Source: a virus (taxonomy: Duplodnaviria > Caudoviricetes). From it: a DNA stretch of 64,000 nt. This document shows, one piece after another, positions 25,537 through 34,743 of the stretch; positions within the stretch are counted from its first letter, which is position 1, and every line of letters starts with the position of its first letter. The stretch spans positions 7,401 through 71,400 of IMG/VR virus record IMGVR_UViG_2898710591_000002. One strand, written 5' to 3'. Under the pieces are notes generated by a model. That model searched no databases. It worked only from the letters and a program-made list of their open reading frames with translations, and was not told the origin of the DNA. Position numbers and translations under genes: made by a program.

Positions 25537-25964
25537 CAATACGATACGGCGTGCCAGCCCCAGCGGTTGTCCGCAAAGGCTATGGCTTGCAAGCGTTTGT
25601 CTCAAACGTGTTTTTTGAAGCCGACGAAGGTGCAACCGCTAACGATGCTGCATTGATACTGTGCCGTCGTGCGTTTGGCCTTGGTAAGTCTTATATTGCT
25701 GTGCGCCGCAATCAAGCGTACCAGTTGCGCGACAAAGACGGTGCATTCTTGGCAGACACCGCCGAGGACTGCGCTCAATACTTATGGAATGGTCACGCAA
25801 CAGACCGTGAAAAGCATGTAATCATGGATTGCTTGCTTGAAAACATTGATCAGTTAGTCATGCACAAGCCCGAAGGCGAGGACTTAAACCGCAAGGCGCT
25901 TGATAAATATTTTGAGGGTGAAGAGACGTTTACCCACGGATTAATGGATATTGCCAACTCATGA
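25527..25964 (+). CDS. Phage hypothetical protein
   Basis: GAGGA RBS; overlaps the portal start. Confidence 0.7.
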   Translation: MSLTIRYGVPAPAVVRKGYGLQAFVSNVFFEADEGATANDAALILCRRAFGLGKSYIAVRRNQAYQLRDKDGAFLADTAEDCAQYLWNGHATDREKHVIMDCLLENIDQLVMHKPEGEDLNRKALDKYFEGEETFTHGLMDIANS

Positions 25965-28339
25965 GTAATCAAGCGACACACGGCCTTGCCGATGACTTTA
26001 AGCTAACAAAAGACGGTAAGTTTCTTGTGTGGGCGCATGATATGTATGAGTACGAGCGCGAAGCACAAGCAGAAGGCCGAGCACTGCGGGCACGCGATGA
26101 GCGCTTTTATGATGGTCATCAATTCAGCGACGAAGAAAAGCAGGTTTATGCAGAGCGCAATCAAAAGCCGCGCACGTACAACGAGATCAAGCCAGCCGTC
26201 GATTGGATTATTGGTAGTGAGCGCCGCGCACGTAGCGACTGGAATGTGCTACCGCGTACCGCTGATGATGTCGAGCCAGCCCAATTAAAGACCAAGCTTA
26301 TTAAGTACATTGACGATATCAACAAAGCCAAGTGGCAGCGCAGCACAGCGTTTGAGGATTGCGTCAAGACTGGTGAAGGCTGGACCCGTATCAGCGTAGA
26401 GCCAAACGAAGATGGTGAGCTGATGATTCAGCTTAACTATGAGAACTGGCAAAACGTACTGGTCGATGGTCAATCGGTCAAAGCGGATATGTCTGACAGC
26501 CGCTATATGTGGGTATCTAAGATTGTTGATTTAGAAACCTTGCAGGCGTGGTTCCCCGATAAAGAAAGCGAGCTTGAGCTGGACGCTGGCGAGTATCAAG
26601 AGCTTGAGGATGACTTGAAGTCTGACCAAACAGGCGATGACGGCAACGACTTGTATAACAATGGCTATCGTGCGCGTGGCTGCGGTGATGCTGCTATTAA
26701 TGTGGTGCGCTCAGGCTCAATGAGCATCACGGGCGGCTACTACTCATCAACCCGTCGTGCAGTGCGCGTGTGGGAAATGTGGTACCGCAAAACAGAGCGA
26801 GTCACGCTACTGGCTAACGCAGGTGGCCTAACAGGTCAGATATTCGACAGCAACAAGCAAGAACATCAAGCAGCATTGCAGTCTGGCGCTAAAAAACGCG
26901 AGACAGTACGCGAGCAGATGTATATGGCTATCTACACTGCGACGACTGTACTGTTTCATGGCAAGTCAATCTACAAGCATAACCGCTATCCGTTTGTCCG
27001 TCGCTTGGCCTTTATTGACAAGACAACCAAGTCGCCTTATGGCGTGGTACGTCAGATTGTCGATCCGCAGTCGGATTTGAACCAGCGTCGTAACTATGCG
27101 CTATATCTCATGGCCACACGTCAAGTGATTGCCGAGGAAGATGCGGTAGATGATAAAGATGAAGCCATCAAAGAGGTTGCTAAGGTCAATGGTTATATCG
27201 AAGTTAAGAAAGGCAGACGCTTTGAGATACGCGACAATCAATCGCTGGCAGGTCCTCATGTGCAGTTTGCTGAAATGGACAGCGCTTACTTAAAACAGAT
27301 CAGCGGTGTAACCAGTGAAAACCGTGGTATGAACCAAAATGCCATGTCTGGTATTGCTATCCAGTCATTGCAAGAACAGGGCACTGTCATCACCACACCT
27401 ATCATCGACAATCACCAACTGGCCCATCAAATTGAGGGCGAGATTGTATTGTCATTATGCGAGCAGTACATCAACCGTGAGATGCAGTTTAGGGTTACAA
27501 GCGATATTAAAAACCCCAGCAAGAAAGACTTTGTGGTGCTTAATGAGTCACCAGAGACGGACATCACTGCAACACAGGCAGACTTTGTTATATCAGAGCG
27601 TGATTATCGTCAGACGATGCGTCAAGCACTGTCTGAGCAGCTAATCAACGTCTCAGCACAGATTACGCAAGCCACAGGCAACCCAATGTTAGCGATTGCC
27701 TTTATCGAAATGGCAGTTGATTTACAAGATTTGCCCAACAAAGAGCGCTTACTCAGCAAAATTCGCGAAGCCACAGGACTACCACCCCTTGATGAAAACG
27801 ACGAGCAGAAACAAGCGCGTGAAGAAGCACAAGCGCAAGAGCAAGCGAAACAACAAGCCATGCAAGAGCAAGCGCTTGAGTTGGAGATTGCGAAGAAACA
27901 ATCGGCAATCAACCTCGACAACTCACGGGCTAATCAGTACAACCGCGAAGGCGAGCGCGAGAAAGCCAATGCGCGCCGCGCTCAAGCTGAAGCAATGGTC
28001 AAGTACCTTGAAGCGGCTGGCGTGGTCGTACAAAACGCTGAGCTTAGCAGTATTGCTGATGATCTTATTAACAATATGGACAACATCATGAATGGTACGC
28101 AACCGGCCAGCTCGCAACAGCCGGTACAGGGCCAGCCAATAGAGCAAGCGCCAGTGCCGATGCAGGTTAACATGCCAGCACAGCAAGAGCAGACGCAGCC
28201 CACACAAGAACAGCTAGTCATGCCAGAGGGTGAGGCACCCGCTGGCGAGAACGGACAAGAACCAATGTCACCAGAAGAAGCCGCCATGATGGAGCAAGCA
28301 TTAATGCAGCAACAATCAACCGAACAACCCAATCCATAA
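25961..28339 (+). CDS. Portal protein (P22/933W-like)
   Basis: FYDGHQ...YNEIKPAVDWIIGSE, PYGVVR...DPQ..LN and SGIAI motifs; long C-terminal helix. Confidence 0.88.
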   Translation: MSNQATHGLADDFKLTKDGKFLVWAHDMYEYEREAQAEGRALRARDERFYDGHQFSDEEKQVYAERNQKPRTYNEIKPAVDWIIGSERRARSDWNVLPRTADDVEPAQLKTKLIKYIDDINKAKWQRSTAFEDCVKTGEGWTRISVEPNEDGELMIQLNYENWQNVLVDGQSVKADMSDSRYMWVSKIVDLETLQAWFPDKESELELDAGEYQELEDDLKSDQTGDDGNDLYNNGYRARGCGDAAINVVRSGSMSITGGYYSSTRRAVRVWEMWYRKTERVTLLANAGGLTGQIFDSNKQEHQAALQSGAKKRETVREQMYMAIYTATTVLFHGKSIYKHNRYPFVRRLAFIDKTTKSPYGVVRQIVDPQSDLNQRRNYALYLMATRQVIAEEDAVDDKDEAIKEVAKVNGYIEVKKGRRFEIRDNQSLAGPHVQFAEMDSAYLKQISGVTSENRGMNQNAMSGIAIQSLQEQGTVITTPIIDNHQLAHQIEGEIVLSLCEQYINREMQFRVTSDIKNPSKKDFVVLNESPETDITATQADFVISERDYRQTMRQALSEQLINVSAQITQATGNPMLAIAFIEMAVDLQDLPNKERLLSKIREATGLPPLDENDEQKQAREEAQAQEQAKQQAMQEQALELEIAKKQSAINLDNSRANQYNREGEREKANARRAQAEAMVKYLEAAGVVVQNAELSSIADDLINNMDNIMNGTQPASSQQPVQGQPIEQAPVPMQVNMPAQQEQTQPTQEQLVMPEGEAPAGENGQEPMSPEEAAMMEQALMQQQSTEQPNP

Positions 28340-28350
28340 GGATAATTGAT

Positions 28351-29304
28351 ATGACAGTAGATACACACGATGACGACTTTGACATCGACACCACAGAGCT
28401 AGACAACCTGCCAGCCGATGAAGTAGATGCTGACGATGACCTTGATGAAGATTTTGGCCTAAGCTACGACGGTTTAACCCAAGCTGAAATCGATGCTATC
28501 AATGCTGACACTGATGAAGGTGGCAACAGTGATGAAGATGAAGATACCGAAGCTGATGCTACTGACGATAGCGATGCTGGCGATAACGATACAGCCAACG
28601 ACGCTGAGACTGACGGCACTGATGACGCTGATACTACTAATCAAGACGATTATCAACAAGAAGCCGCGACGATAGCAGAAAAGCGCGCCGCTATTGATGC
28701 AGAGTTTGACGCTAAACTTGCTGAGCTTGAAGCGCTAGGTAAGCAGTACGATGATGGTGATATCTTAGATGGGGCGTACAATACCGCTAAGGTTCGTATT
28801 GAGCGCGACTTAAAGCGTATTGAGGCGCGAGAGGCGGAGCTTGTCACAAAAGAAGATGAGATTGCTGAGCGCGAAACCAGTAAGCAAGAGCAGTTTCAAA
28901 ACGACTTTGCTGTCGCAGTAAACGACTTTATGGCGCGTCCTGAGAACAAACCTTTTGTCGAAGGCAGCCCTGAGTTTGCCGCGCTTGACCAACAGCTAGG
29001 CGTCATTGCACAAAGTATGCCGCCTGGCACGCCGTTTGATGTATTGCTAAACAAAGCTCGCGCCGCTGTATCGTCTTATATGGACCTGCCTGATGCTGGC
29101 AAGAAAGAGGATAAGCCTGCTGACAAGTCGGTCAAACCAGACCCAGAGACGATGCCTAGTATCTCGAACATGCCAGCGGTCGTTGCTAACAGCAACGATA
29201 ACGGCAAGTTTGCCCACCTAGACAAGCTTGATGGGCCAGCGCTAGAGCGTGCAATCGCTGATATGAGCGAAGCGCAGCAAAACGAATACCTGCTAAATCA
29301 ATAG
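28351..29304 (+). CDS. Scaffolding protein
   Basis: Highly acidic and coiled-coil; between portal and capsid. Confidence 0.65.
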   Translation: MTVDTHDDDFDIDTTELDNLPADEVDADDDLDEDFGLSYDGLTQAEIDAINADTDEGGNSDEDEDTEADATDDSDAGDNDTANDAETDGTDDADTTNQDDYQQEAATIAEKRAAIDAEFDAKLAELEALGKQYDDGDILDGAYNTAKVRIERDLKRIEAREAELVTKEDEIAERETSKQEQFQNDFAVAVNDFMARPENKPFVEGSPEFAALDQQLGVIAQSMPPGTPFDVLLNKARAAVSSYMDLPDAGKKEDKPADKSVKPDPETMPSISNMPAVVANSNDNGKFAHLDKLDGPALERAIADMSEAQQNEYLLNQ

Positions 29305-29318
29305 GTTAAAATATATTT

Positions 29319-29522
29319 ATGAATAAGATACGCTATCGAGACTGTAGCATAGGCGATGTTATCGAGGTGACTGGCCCTTGTACGATTGTGGTGGAAAAAA
29401 AGAGCGGGCGTTCACCAAGACTAAAAGTGATAACCGATCAAGATAGCGACGTGAGTTTTTTAACGGGTGAACAAGCGCATACGTGCTGTGATACCAAAAA
29501 TAGTCTGACTAAAGGAGACTAA
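29319..29522 (+). CDS. CsrA/RsmA-like small protein
   Basis: IGDVIEVTGPCTIVVEKKSGRSPRLKV parallels CsrA [27 protein letters not shown]; same slot as csrA-like genes of Bcep22-like phages. Confidence 0.5.
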   Translation: MNKIRYRDCSIGDVIEVTGPCTIVVEKKSGRSPRLKVITDQDSDVSFLTGEQAHTCCDTKNSLTKGD

Positions 29523-29526
29523 TATC

Positions 29527-30657
29527 ATGGCACAGACTAAAATCAACGACAGCCAAGCTGTCAAAAAATGGGCAGGTGCGTTATTCGGTGCCGCTTTCGT
29601 AAAGTCTTTTTACGGTAGCAAGCTGATGGCCTCTACCAAACTGGTGGGCAAAGCCGGTCAAATGGCAAACGCGCCCATTGGTGTTATCAATGACTTAGAA
29701 AGCGGCGCAGGTGACAACGTATCATTCGATATGTTTGTTCAACTCAAAGGTCGTGGTACTTATGGTGATGACGTTCTTGAGGGTAACGAGGAAGATTTAA
29801 CCGCGTTCACGGACGAAGTTAAAATCAACCAAGTTCGACATGGTGTGACGCCTGGTGGCAAGATGAACCAAAAGCGCACTATCAATGACTTACGCGCAAT
29901 CGCCAAGGTCAAGCTTGAGCGCTGGCACGCGAACCACTTTGATGATGTCGTGATGACAACGCTGGGCGGTGGCCGTGGTCATGCGAAAGACTTGTATATC
30001 CCGCTGGGTGCAACGGCGCCTATCCGTGGCACCATGGATTACCAGAAGTACGATGAAGATAGTATTGTCTATGGCGGCTCTGCTACATCAAAGGCCAGTA
30101 TGACGACTGCTGACACCATGTCTCTTGATCTTATTGATGAGCTGGTACTCAAGTCTAAGCGCGGCGGTAAAGCTGATGGTGAGTTTCGCATGGAGCCACT
30201 AGAAGAGTCGGCAGAAGAATACTACATGCTGACGCTATCGCCTGAGCAGATTCATGACTTGCGCAAAGATACTGGCACTGGTGGCTGGCTTGATATCCAA
30301 AAAGCGGCGGCTGCTGCTAACGGTTATCAAAACCATATCTTCAAAGGCTCGGCTGGCGAGTACAACAAAGTTCACATTAAAGAGGTGAATAGTGTTGTGA
30401 CGTACAACGACTTTGGTGCTGGCAACAACGTGAAGGCGCATACAGGCGTATTCATGGGCCGTCAGGCTGCTGTGGTCGCCTTTGGTAGTGCAAGCGATAA
30501 GAATATGCGCGCCAACTGGGAAGAGAAAGAAAAAGACTATGGCAACCAGGTTGGTATCTCTGCTGGCATGGTGTACGGCACCAAGCTACCAGCGTTTGAT
30601 GGTAAAGTTGTCAACTCAATGGCAGCTTATACCGCAGTGAGTAAGTCACGCGCTTAA
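29527..30657 (+). CDS. Major capsid protein (N4 gp56/DUF4043-like)
   Basis: AVKKW, DLESGAGDNVSF, LEGNEEDL, IFKGSAGEYN and DYGN motifs. Confidence 0.88.
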   Translation: MAQTKINDSQAVKKWAGALFGAAFVKSFYGSKLMASTKLVGKAGQMANAPIGVINDLESGAGDNVSFDMFVQLKGRGTYGDDVLEGNEEDLTAFTDEVKINQVRHGVTPGGKMNQKRTINDLRAIAKVKLERWHANHFDDVVMTTLGGGRGHAKDLYIPLGATAPIRGTMDYQKYDEDSIVYGGSATSKASMTTADTMSLDLIDELVLKSKRGGKADGEFRMEPLEESAEEYYMLTLSPEQIHDLRKDTGTGGWLDIQKAAAAANGYQNHIFKGSAGEYNKVHIKEVNSVVTYNDFGAGNNVKAHTGVFMGRQAAVVAFGSASDKNMRANWEEKEKDYGNQVGISAGMVYGTKLPAFDGKVVNSMAAYTAVSKSRA

Positions 30658-30686
30658 TCTGATACACAAGGTTGGATTTCAAATCC

Positions 30687-30719
30687 GAGCAAGTTGGTCA
30701 TGCCAGCTTGCTTTTTTAT
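30687..30719 (+). terminator. Terminator after the capsid gene
   Basis: agcaagttgg-tcatg-ccagcttgc-T7. Confidence 0.65.
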
Positions 30720-30763
30720 TATCTATTTTTTCTGTTTAGTATCTCTATAAAGGACACAAGACT

Positions 30764-31216
30764 ATGGCCAAGTTCCAGTCTGAGCGCTATTTGCATAACA
30801 CGCAGATTCAAAGCTCAATGATTAGCGGTGTGACTAACACACCAACCATTACCCACAAATTCCTTGCCGAAACCACTGTGGCTGTCGGCGATTTTATCCT
30901 GATGTGCAAATTACCTGAGCGCTCAGCGATTCTGGGTATTGAAGTGGTGTGTAGTGCACTAGGTGCTGGTATCACTGCCGACGTGGGCGTCATGGATGCC
31001 GATGAAACCGATATCGCCGCCAAGTTTATTGCTGATGGCGACCTTGCCGCGCAGAAATGGATTAAGATTAATGACAATGTGATTGAAGGCCGACTAGCTA
31101 AAGTAGTAGATCGCCCAACAACTATTGCCATTAAGCTAAAAGGCGCAGGCACGATTCCGAAAGGCTCGTTCATTCACATCACACCGCATTACCGTCACGC
31201 CAGCAACGACGAGTAA
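30764..31216 (+). CDS. Virion protein (decoration/cement-like)
   Basis: Beta-rich, directly after the capsid gene; AAGGA RBS. Confidence 0.55.
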   Translation: MAKFQSERYLHNTQIQSSMISGVTNTPTITHKFLAETTVAVGDFILMCKLPERSAILGIEVVCSALGAGITADVGVMDADETDIAAKFIADGDLAAQKWIKINDNVIEGRLAKVVDRPTTIAIKLKGAGTIPKGSFIHITPHYRHASNDE

Positions 31217-31301
31217 GCAACTACTGGTAAGTCATTAAAACCCACAACGCAAGTCGCTGTGGGTTTTTCCATTTCATCTACTTATTAAAAGGAGCCATGT
31301 C

Positions 31302-31862
31302 ATGGCTGACGACAAAAAGAATAGCGATACTCAAGAGAGTGTTGAGCAGCAATCAACGCCTATTCAATGCCTACTGCGTCGCAAGGGCGGCACCAAGGTC
31401 ACATTTGGTCACAACCTTGTGAACCAAAAGACTTATCACTTCAAGCCGCTAGACAGTAGCGATGAAAATTCACCGCATGTCTGTAACGTGGACAATGAAG
31501 AGCACGCAGACCGACTACTATCAATCCGTGAGTCATATCGCTTGTATCGTGGCGATGCAAGTTATGTCGATAAGATTGAGGTCACTAAAGGCGCGGCTAT
31601 TGATGAAGATGCGTTTACCAATCGCTTTGATGACATCTTGTCTATCGACTTTGACACCGCTGAAAACGACACGGTAAAAGATTGGGCCAAAGAAACGTTG
31701 GAGCTTACCCCGTCACACAGCGCCAAGATTCGCGAAAAAGCCGCCAGTCTCGACGTTGAAGAGAAGAAAGGCGACAACATGAATGAGCTGCTACGCAAAA
31801 TCGGTAAAGCCATGCAAGAAGAAGAGCGCGCTGCTAACGATCAAGCCAGCAAAGGTAAGTAG
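31302..31862 (+). CDS. Phage hypothetical protein
   Basis: AGGAG RBS; RKGGTKVTF...YHFKP...HVCNV...HADRLL pattern. Confidence 0.7.
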   Translation: MADDKKNSDTQESVEQQSTPIQCLLRRKGGTKVTFGHNLVNQKTYHFKPLDSSDENSPHVCNVDNEEHADRLLSIRESYRLYRGDASYVDKIEVTKGAAIDEDAFTNRFDDILSIDFDTAENDTVKDWAKETLELTPSHSAKIREKAASLDVEEKKGDNMNELLRKIGKAMQEEERAANDQASKGK

Positions 31863-31906
31863 TGTAATCACTGCTTGATACAAACCCATATTAGGATGAT
31901 ATCGCT

Positions 31907-32551
31907 ATGTTTAGCAGTCAAGATTTATTAAATGGCGTGCGCATGACGCAGCTAAATGACCCAGAAGCAATCACTTGGTCGGACTCAGCGCTGATTATCG
32001 CGCTTAATCAAGCCTTGCTTATGCTCTCGCTTGTGCGTCCTGATGCAACCTCAAAGATTGCGACGCTAGAGCTTGAGGCGGGATCAAGACAGTATATTCC
32101 CGCTGATGGCGAGCGTCTGCTACGTGTGGTGCGCAATATCACCGATACGGGCGGTACGGGCCGCGCTGTGCGTTTGGTGCAGCAAGAGGATATGGATAGC
32201 ATGTCACCGGATTGGCATAACACTAGCGGCACAATCGTCAAAGAGTATATGTTTGACGCAAGGTCGCCTAAGCACTTTTATATCTACCCCACAGTACCCG
32301 TAGGCAGCAAGGTAGAGATTGAGTACAGTAGTTACGCTGATAGCGTGACCGAGCTGAATGTTGGTGATGCGCTTCCTGTATCGGCTGTGTTTGCTCAGCC
32401 TATCCAAGAGCTTATGCTCTATAAGCTCTTGTCTGGTGATGCTTCAAACGGTGTGTCAGGCACAGATCATTTGCGTGTGGCTCTTGAATTGTTGGGCGTG
32501 AAAGACGTGCAAGATGAGCGCGTATCATCTGCCCGTCGCACGTCAATGTAA
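31907..32551 (+). CDS. Head-tail adaptor-like virion protein
   Basis: LND...WSD..L...LN.A......RPDA...FYIYP pattern of podovirus adaptors. Confidence 0.6.
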   Translation: MFSSQDLLNGVRMTQLNDPEAITWSDSALIIALNQALLMLSLVRPDATSKIATLELEAGSRQYIPADGERLLRVVRNITDTGGTGRAVRLVQQEDMDSMSPDWHNTSGTIVKEYMFDARSPKHFYIYPTVPVGSKVEIEYSSYADSVTELNVGDALPVSAVFAQPIQELMLYKLLSGDASNGVSGTDHLRVALELLGVKDVQDERVSSARRTSM

Positions 32552-32561
32552 TAGGTGATTT

Positions 32562-33185
32562 ATGGTAGCTCTTGATGAGTTTGTAGATGGTGTAAGTGTT
32601 CATTTGGGCAACAACGACGCGAGCAATGTACCAAGACTCGCTGTCGTCTTTGCCGCAAGGCAAGCACTCAAAAGGTTTTGCGATGAAAGCTTTGCTTATG
32701 TTGTCAATGCCTTTGATCCGCTGGCAGGTACAAGTCAAGTGCTATCGCCCAACGACTTCCACCTAAGTATTACTGATAGGCGCTGCGAGATTGCCATACC
32801 TGATGATACGCACATTATCAAAGTGTGGCAGTTATCCGATGAATGCTGCGACGCGCAAGGGCTGTTAGATAGCATTCATAGCTATCCTAATATTATTAAC
32901 CTGCCAGCCGATGATAGCAAGACGGATAACGTAGTAGTATCACTGTCTATCAACCAGACAACTGAAAACTGTCCTGATTTTATTTACCAGCGATACTATG
33001 ACGGTCTGCTGTCAGGGACTATTGCCTACTTGCAACTTATGCCTAATAGAGAATGGTCAGAGCCAAACATGGCGCAAGTGCACATGGCGGCCTTTGATGA
33101 AACGATCCGTAAGGCTAAGTCTCATATTAGCAATGGGTTTTTGAAGGGCAGGCCTTCAACATCTATACCCGCTACTTTTGGGTGA
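32562..33185 (+). CDS. Virion structural/adaptor protein
   Basis: FC...GTIAYLQLMPNREWSEPNMA pattern; structural operon. Confidence 0.55.
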   Translation: MVALDEFVDGVSVHLGNNDASNVPRLAVVFAARQALKRFCDESFAYVVNAFDPLAGTSQVLSPNDFHLSITDRRCEIAIPDDTHIIKVWQLSDECCDAQGLLDSIHSYPNIINLPADDSKTDNVVVSLSINQTTENCPDFIYQRYYDGLLSGTIAYLQLMPNREWSEPNMAQVHMAAFDETIRKAKSHISNGFLKGRPSTSIPATFG

Positions 33186-33272
33186 ACAAAAACAAGCCAC
33201 CCAAGCGGTGGCTTTTCTGTATCTAATTTATACATCCGCATATGTGGCTGTCTTTGAAAAAAAGGAGCGACT

Positions 33273-33809
33273 ATGCTCGGATTTAATAAAAGCTTGTGCA
33301 TAAAAAAGCGAGCGCTATTGCTTTTTGCACTAGCTCTAACTGCCATGACAGACGTTATGGCTCGGATTAGTTCCAACAGCACAAGCATCACCGCCGAAAC
33401 TGTTATCGTCGTTAACCGCTACGGTATGGGCGCGCCGTTCTTGGTGTCCTGGATTCCTATTTGGTTTTTTGCGCTGGCAGGCGGCATTGGCGCTAACTTC
33501 ATCAAGATACCTGAGATTGATAAACACTTTAGGTTTCTAATGCTCGCTAAGCCGTTTCTTGGTGTGTTCGGCGGTATCTCGCTATGCGTGCTTATCTCAG
33601 ACGGCAGCGATCCCCCGCAGGTTGCTATGACGGCCTACGCTTTCGTTGCGTCTTTGCTATCAGCTCCGTTGCTGCAAGCATTACTAGCCGCCACCTCAAT
33701 ACCTCGCAATCAAGCCAGCCTATTTAACGCTGTCAATCCATTTAAGTTTAAAGTTGTCGTAGCAGACAGCAAAGAGAAGGAGCGCCACAATGTCCACAAT
33801 AACGACTAG
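33273..33809 (+). CDS. Multi-TM membrane protein, holin candidate
   Basis: About four hydrophobic helices; upstream of the endolysin. Confidence 0.55.
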   Translation: MLGFNKSLCIKKRALLLFALALTAMTDVMARISSNSTSITAETVIVVNRYGMGAPFLVSWIPIWFFALAGGIGANFIKIPEIDKHFRFLMLAKPFLGVFGGISLCVLISDGSDPPQVAMTAYAFVASLLSAPLLQALLAATSIPRNQASLFNAVNPFKFKVVVADSKEKERHNVHNND

Positions 33810-34083
33810 CGTAGTATTGTGCGCCATTGGTGCGCTGTATGGGATGTTCGTGCTTATCAACCACTTAAAGGTAGCGCGCTGCGATGTATCGACAAGGGTT
33901 ATCTATGCCTTCCCGATTATTTGCGGCACGCTGGCATGGGCGAGCGCGTCTTATACTTTTTATGTGACCGGTGCGGATAGCCGAATCGATATGCAGCGCA
34001 TACTAATGATAGTGAGCTGGTGTATGTTGGCAAGACAATACCGGCAAAAATACAAACACTGTAGCGGCCGCAAGCGCAGATAA
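33790..34083 (+). CDS. Small multi-TM protein, holin/antiholin candidate
   Basis: Two to three TM helices and a basic C-terminus. Confidence 0.55.
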   Translation: MSTITTSVVLCAIGALYGMFVLINHLKVARCDVSTRVIYAFPIICGTLAWASASYTFYVTGADSRIDMQRILMIVSWCMLARQYRQKYKHCSGRKRR

Positions 34084-34141
34084 ATGGTTTGAATATCGCC
34101 CCATTTTTGGGGCTTTTTTTTGGTCTGATTTTGAGGTGGGA

Positions 34142-34723
34142 ATGAAAGAGTCAACTATCAAAAACCTACAAGCCACGATGAAGCTGCATGGTTTTTATGA
34201 CGGCTTGGTAGATGGTAATTGGGGCAATCAGTCACATGCAGGTTTTTATGCTATGGCTGAGGCAGCTATACACTGTAAAGCGCATAGTGATGATAATGCG
34301 GTAAACAAGGAAGATAAGCCGGTCGAGCCAGCGGGTCAGTACAAGTTGTCAGATAAATCGCTGGCGCGACTTAATGGCCTGCATCCTGATTTGGTCAAAG
34401 TCGTTGAGCGTGCCATTGAAATCACAGACATTGATTTTAGCGTAGGCGAAGGTCTGCGCTCAATCACTCGGCAAAAAGAGCTTTACGCTCAAGGCGCTAC
34501 AAAGACAATGAACAGCCGGCACCTAACCGGCCATGCTGTTGACTTGTTCGCGCTCGACGAGGCCGGCAAGGTTACTTGGGACTGGAAGTATTACCGCCCA
34601 CTAGCTGATGCTGTGAAGCAAGCTGCCGTGGATGTGGGTGTGTCGCTTGAATGGGGTGGGGATTGGAAAAGTTTTAAGGACGGCCCCCACTACCAGCTAC
34701 CTTGGGCAAAATACCCTGGATAA
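34142..34723 (+). CDS. Endolysin, M15 (L-Ala-D-Glu peptidase-like) with PG-binding-like N-terminus
   Basis: EGLRS..RQKEL, SRHLTGHAVD and WGGDW...DGPHYQL; N-terminal GFYDGLVDGNWG. Confidence 0.88.
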   Translation: MKESTIKNLQATMKLHGFYDGLVDGNWGNQSHAGFYAMAEAAIHCKAHSDDNAVNKEDKPVEPAGQYKLSDKSLARLNGLHPDLVKVVERAIEITDIDFSVGEGLRSITRQKELYAQGATKTMNSRHLTGHAVDLFALDEAGKVTWDWKYYRPLADAVKQAAVDVGVSLEWGGDWKSFKDGPHYQLPWAKYPG

Positions 34724-34743
34724 GTACAAATAAGGCAATCAGT

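Noticed and set aside
23800-30657. Inteins or introns in terminase, portal or capsid genes
   Set aside because: Lengths are ordinary and no intein or homing-endonuclease motifs were seen.
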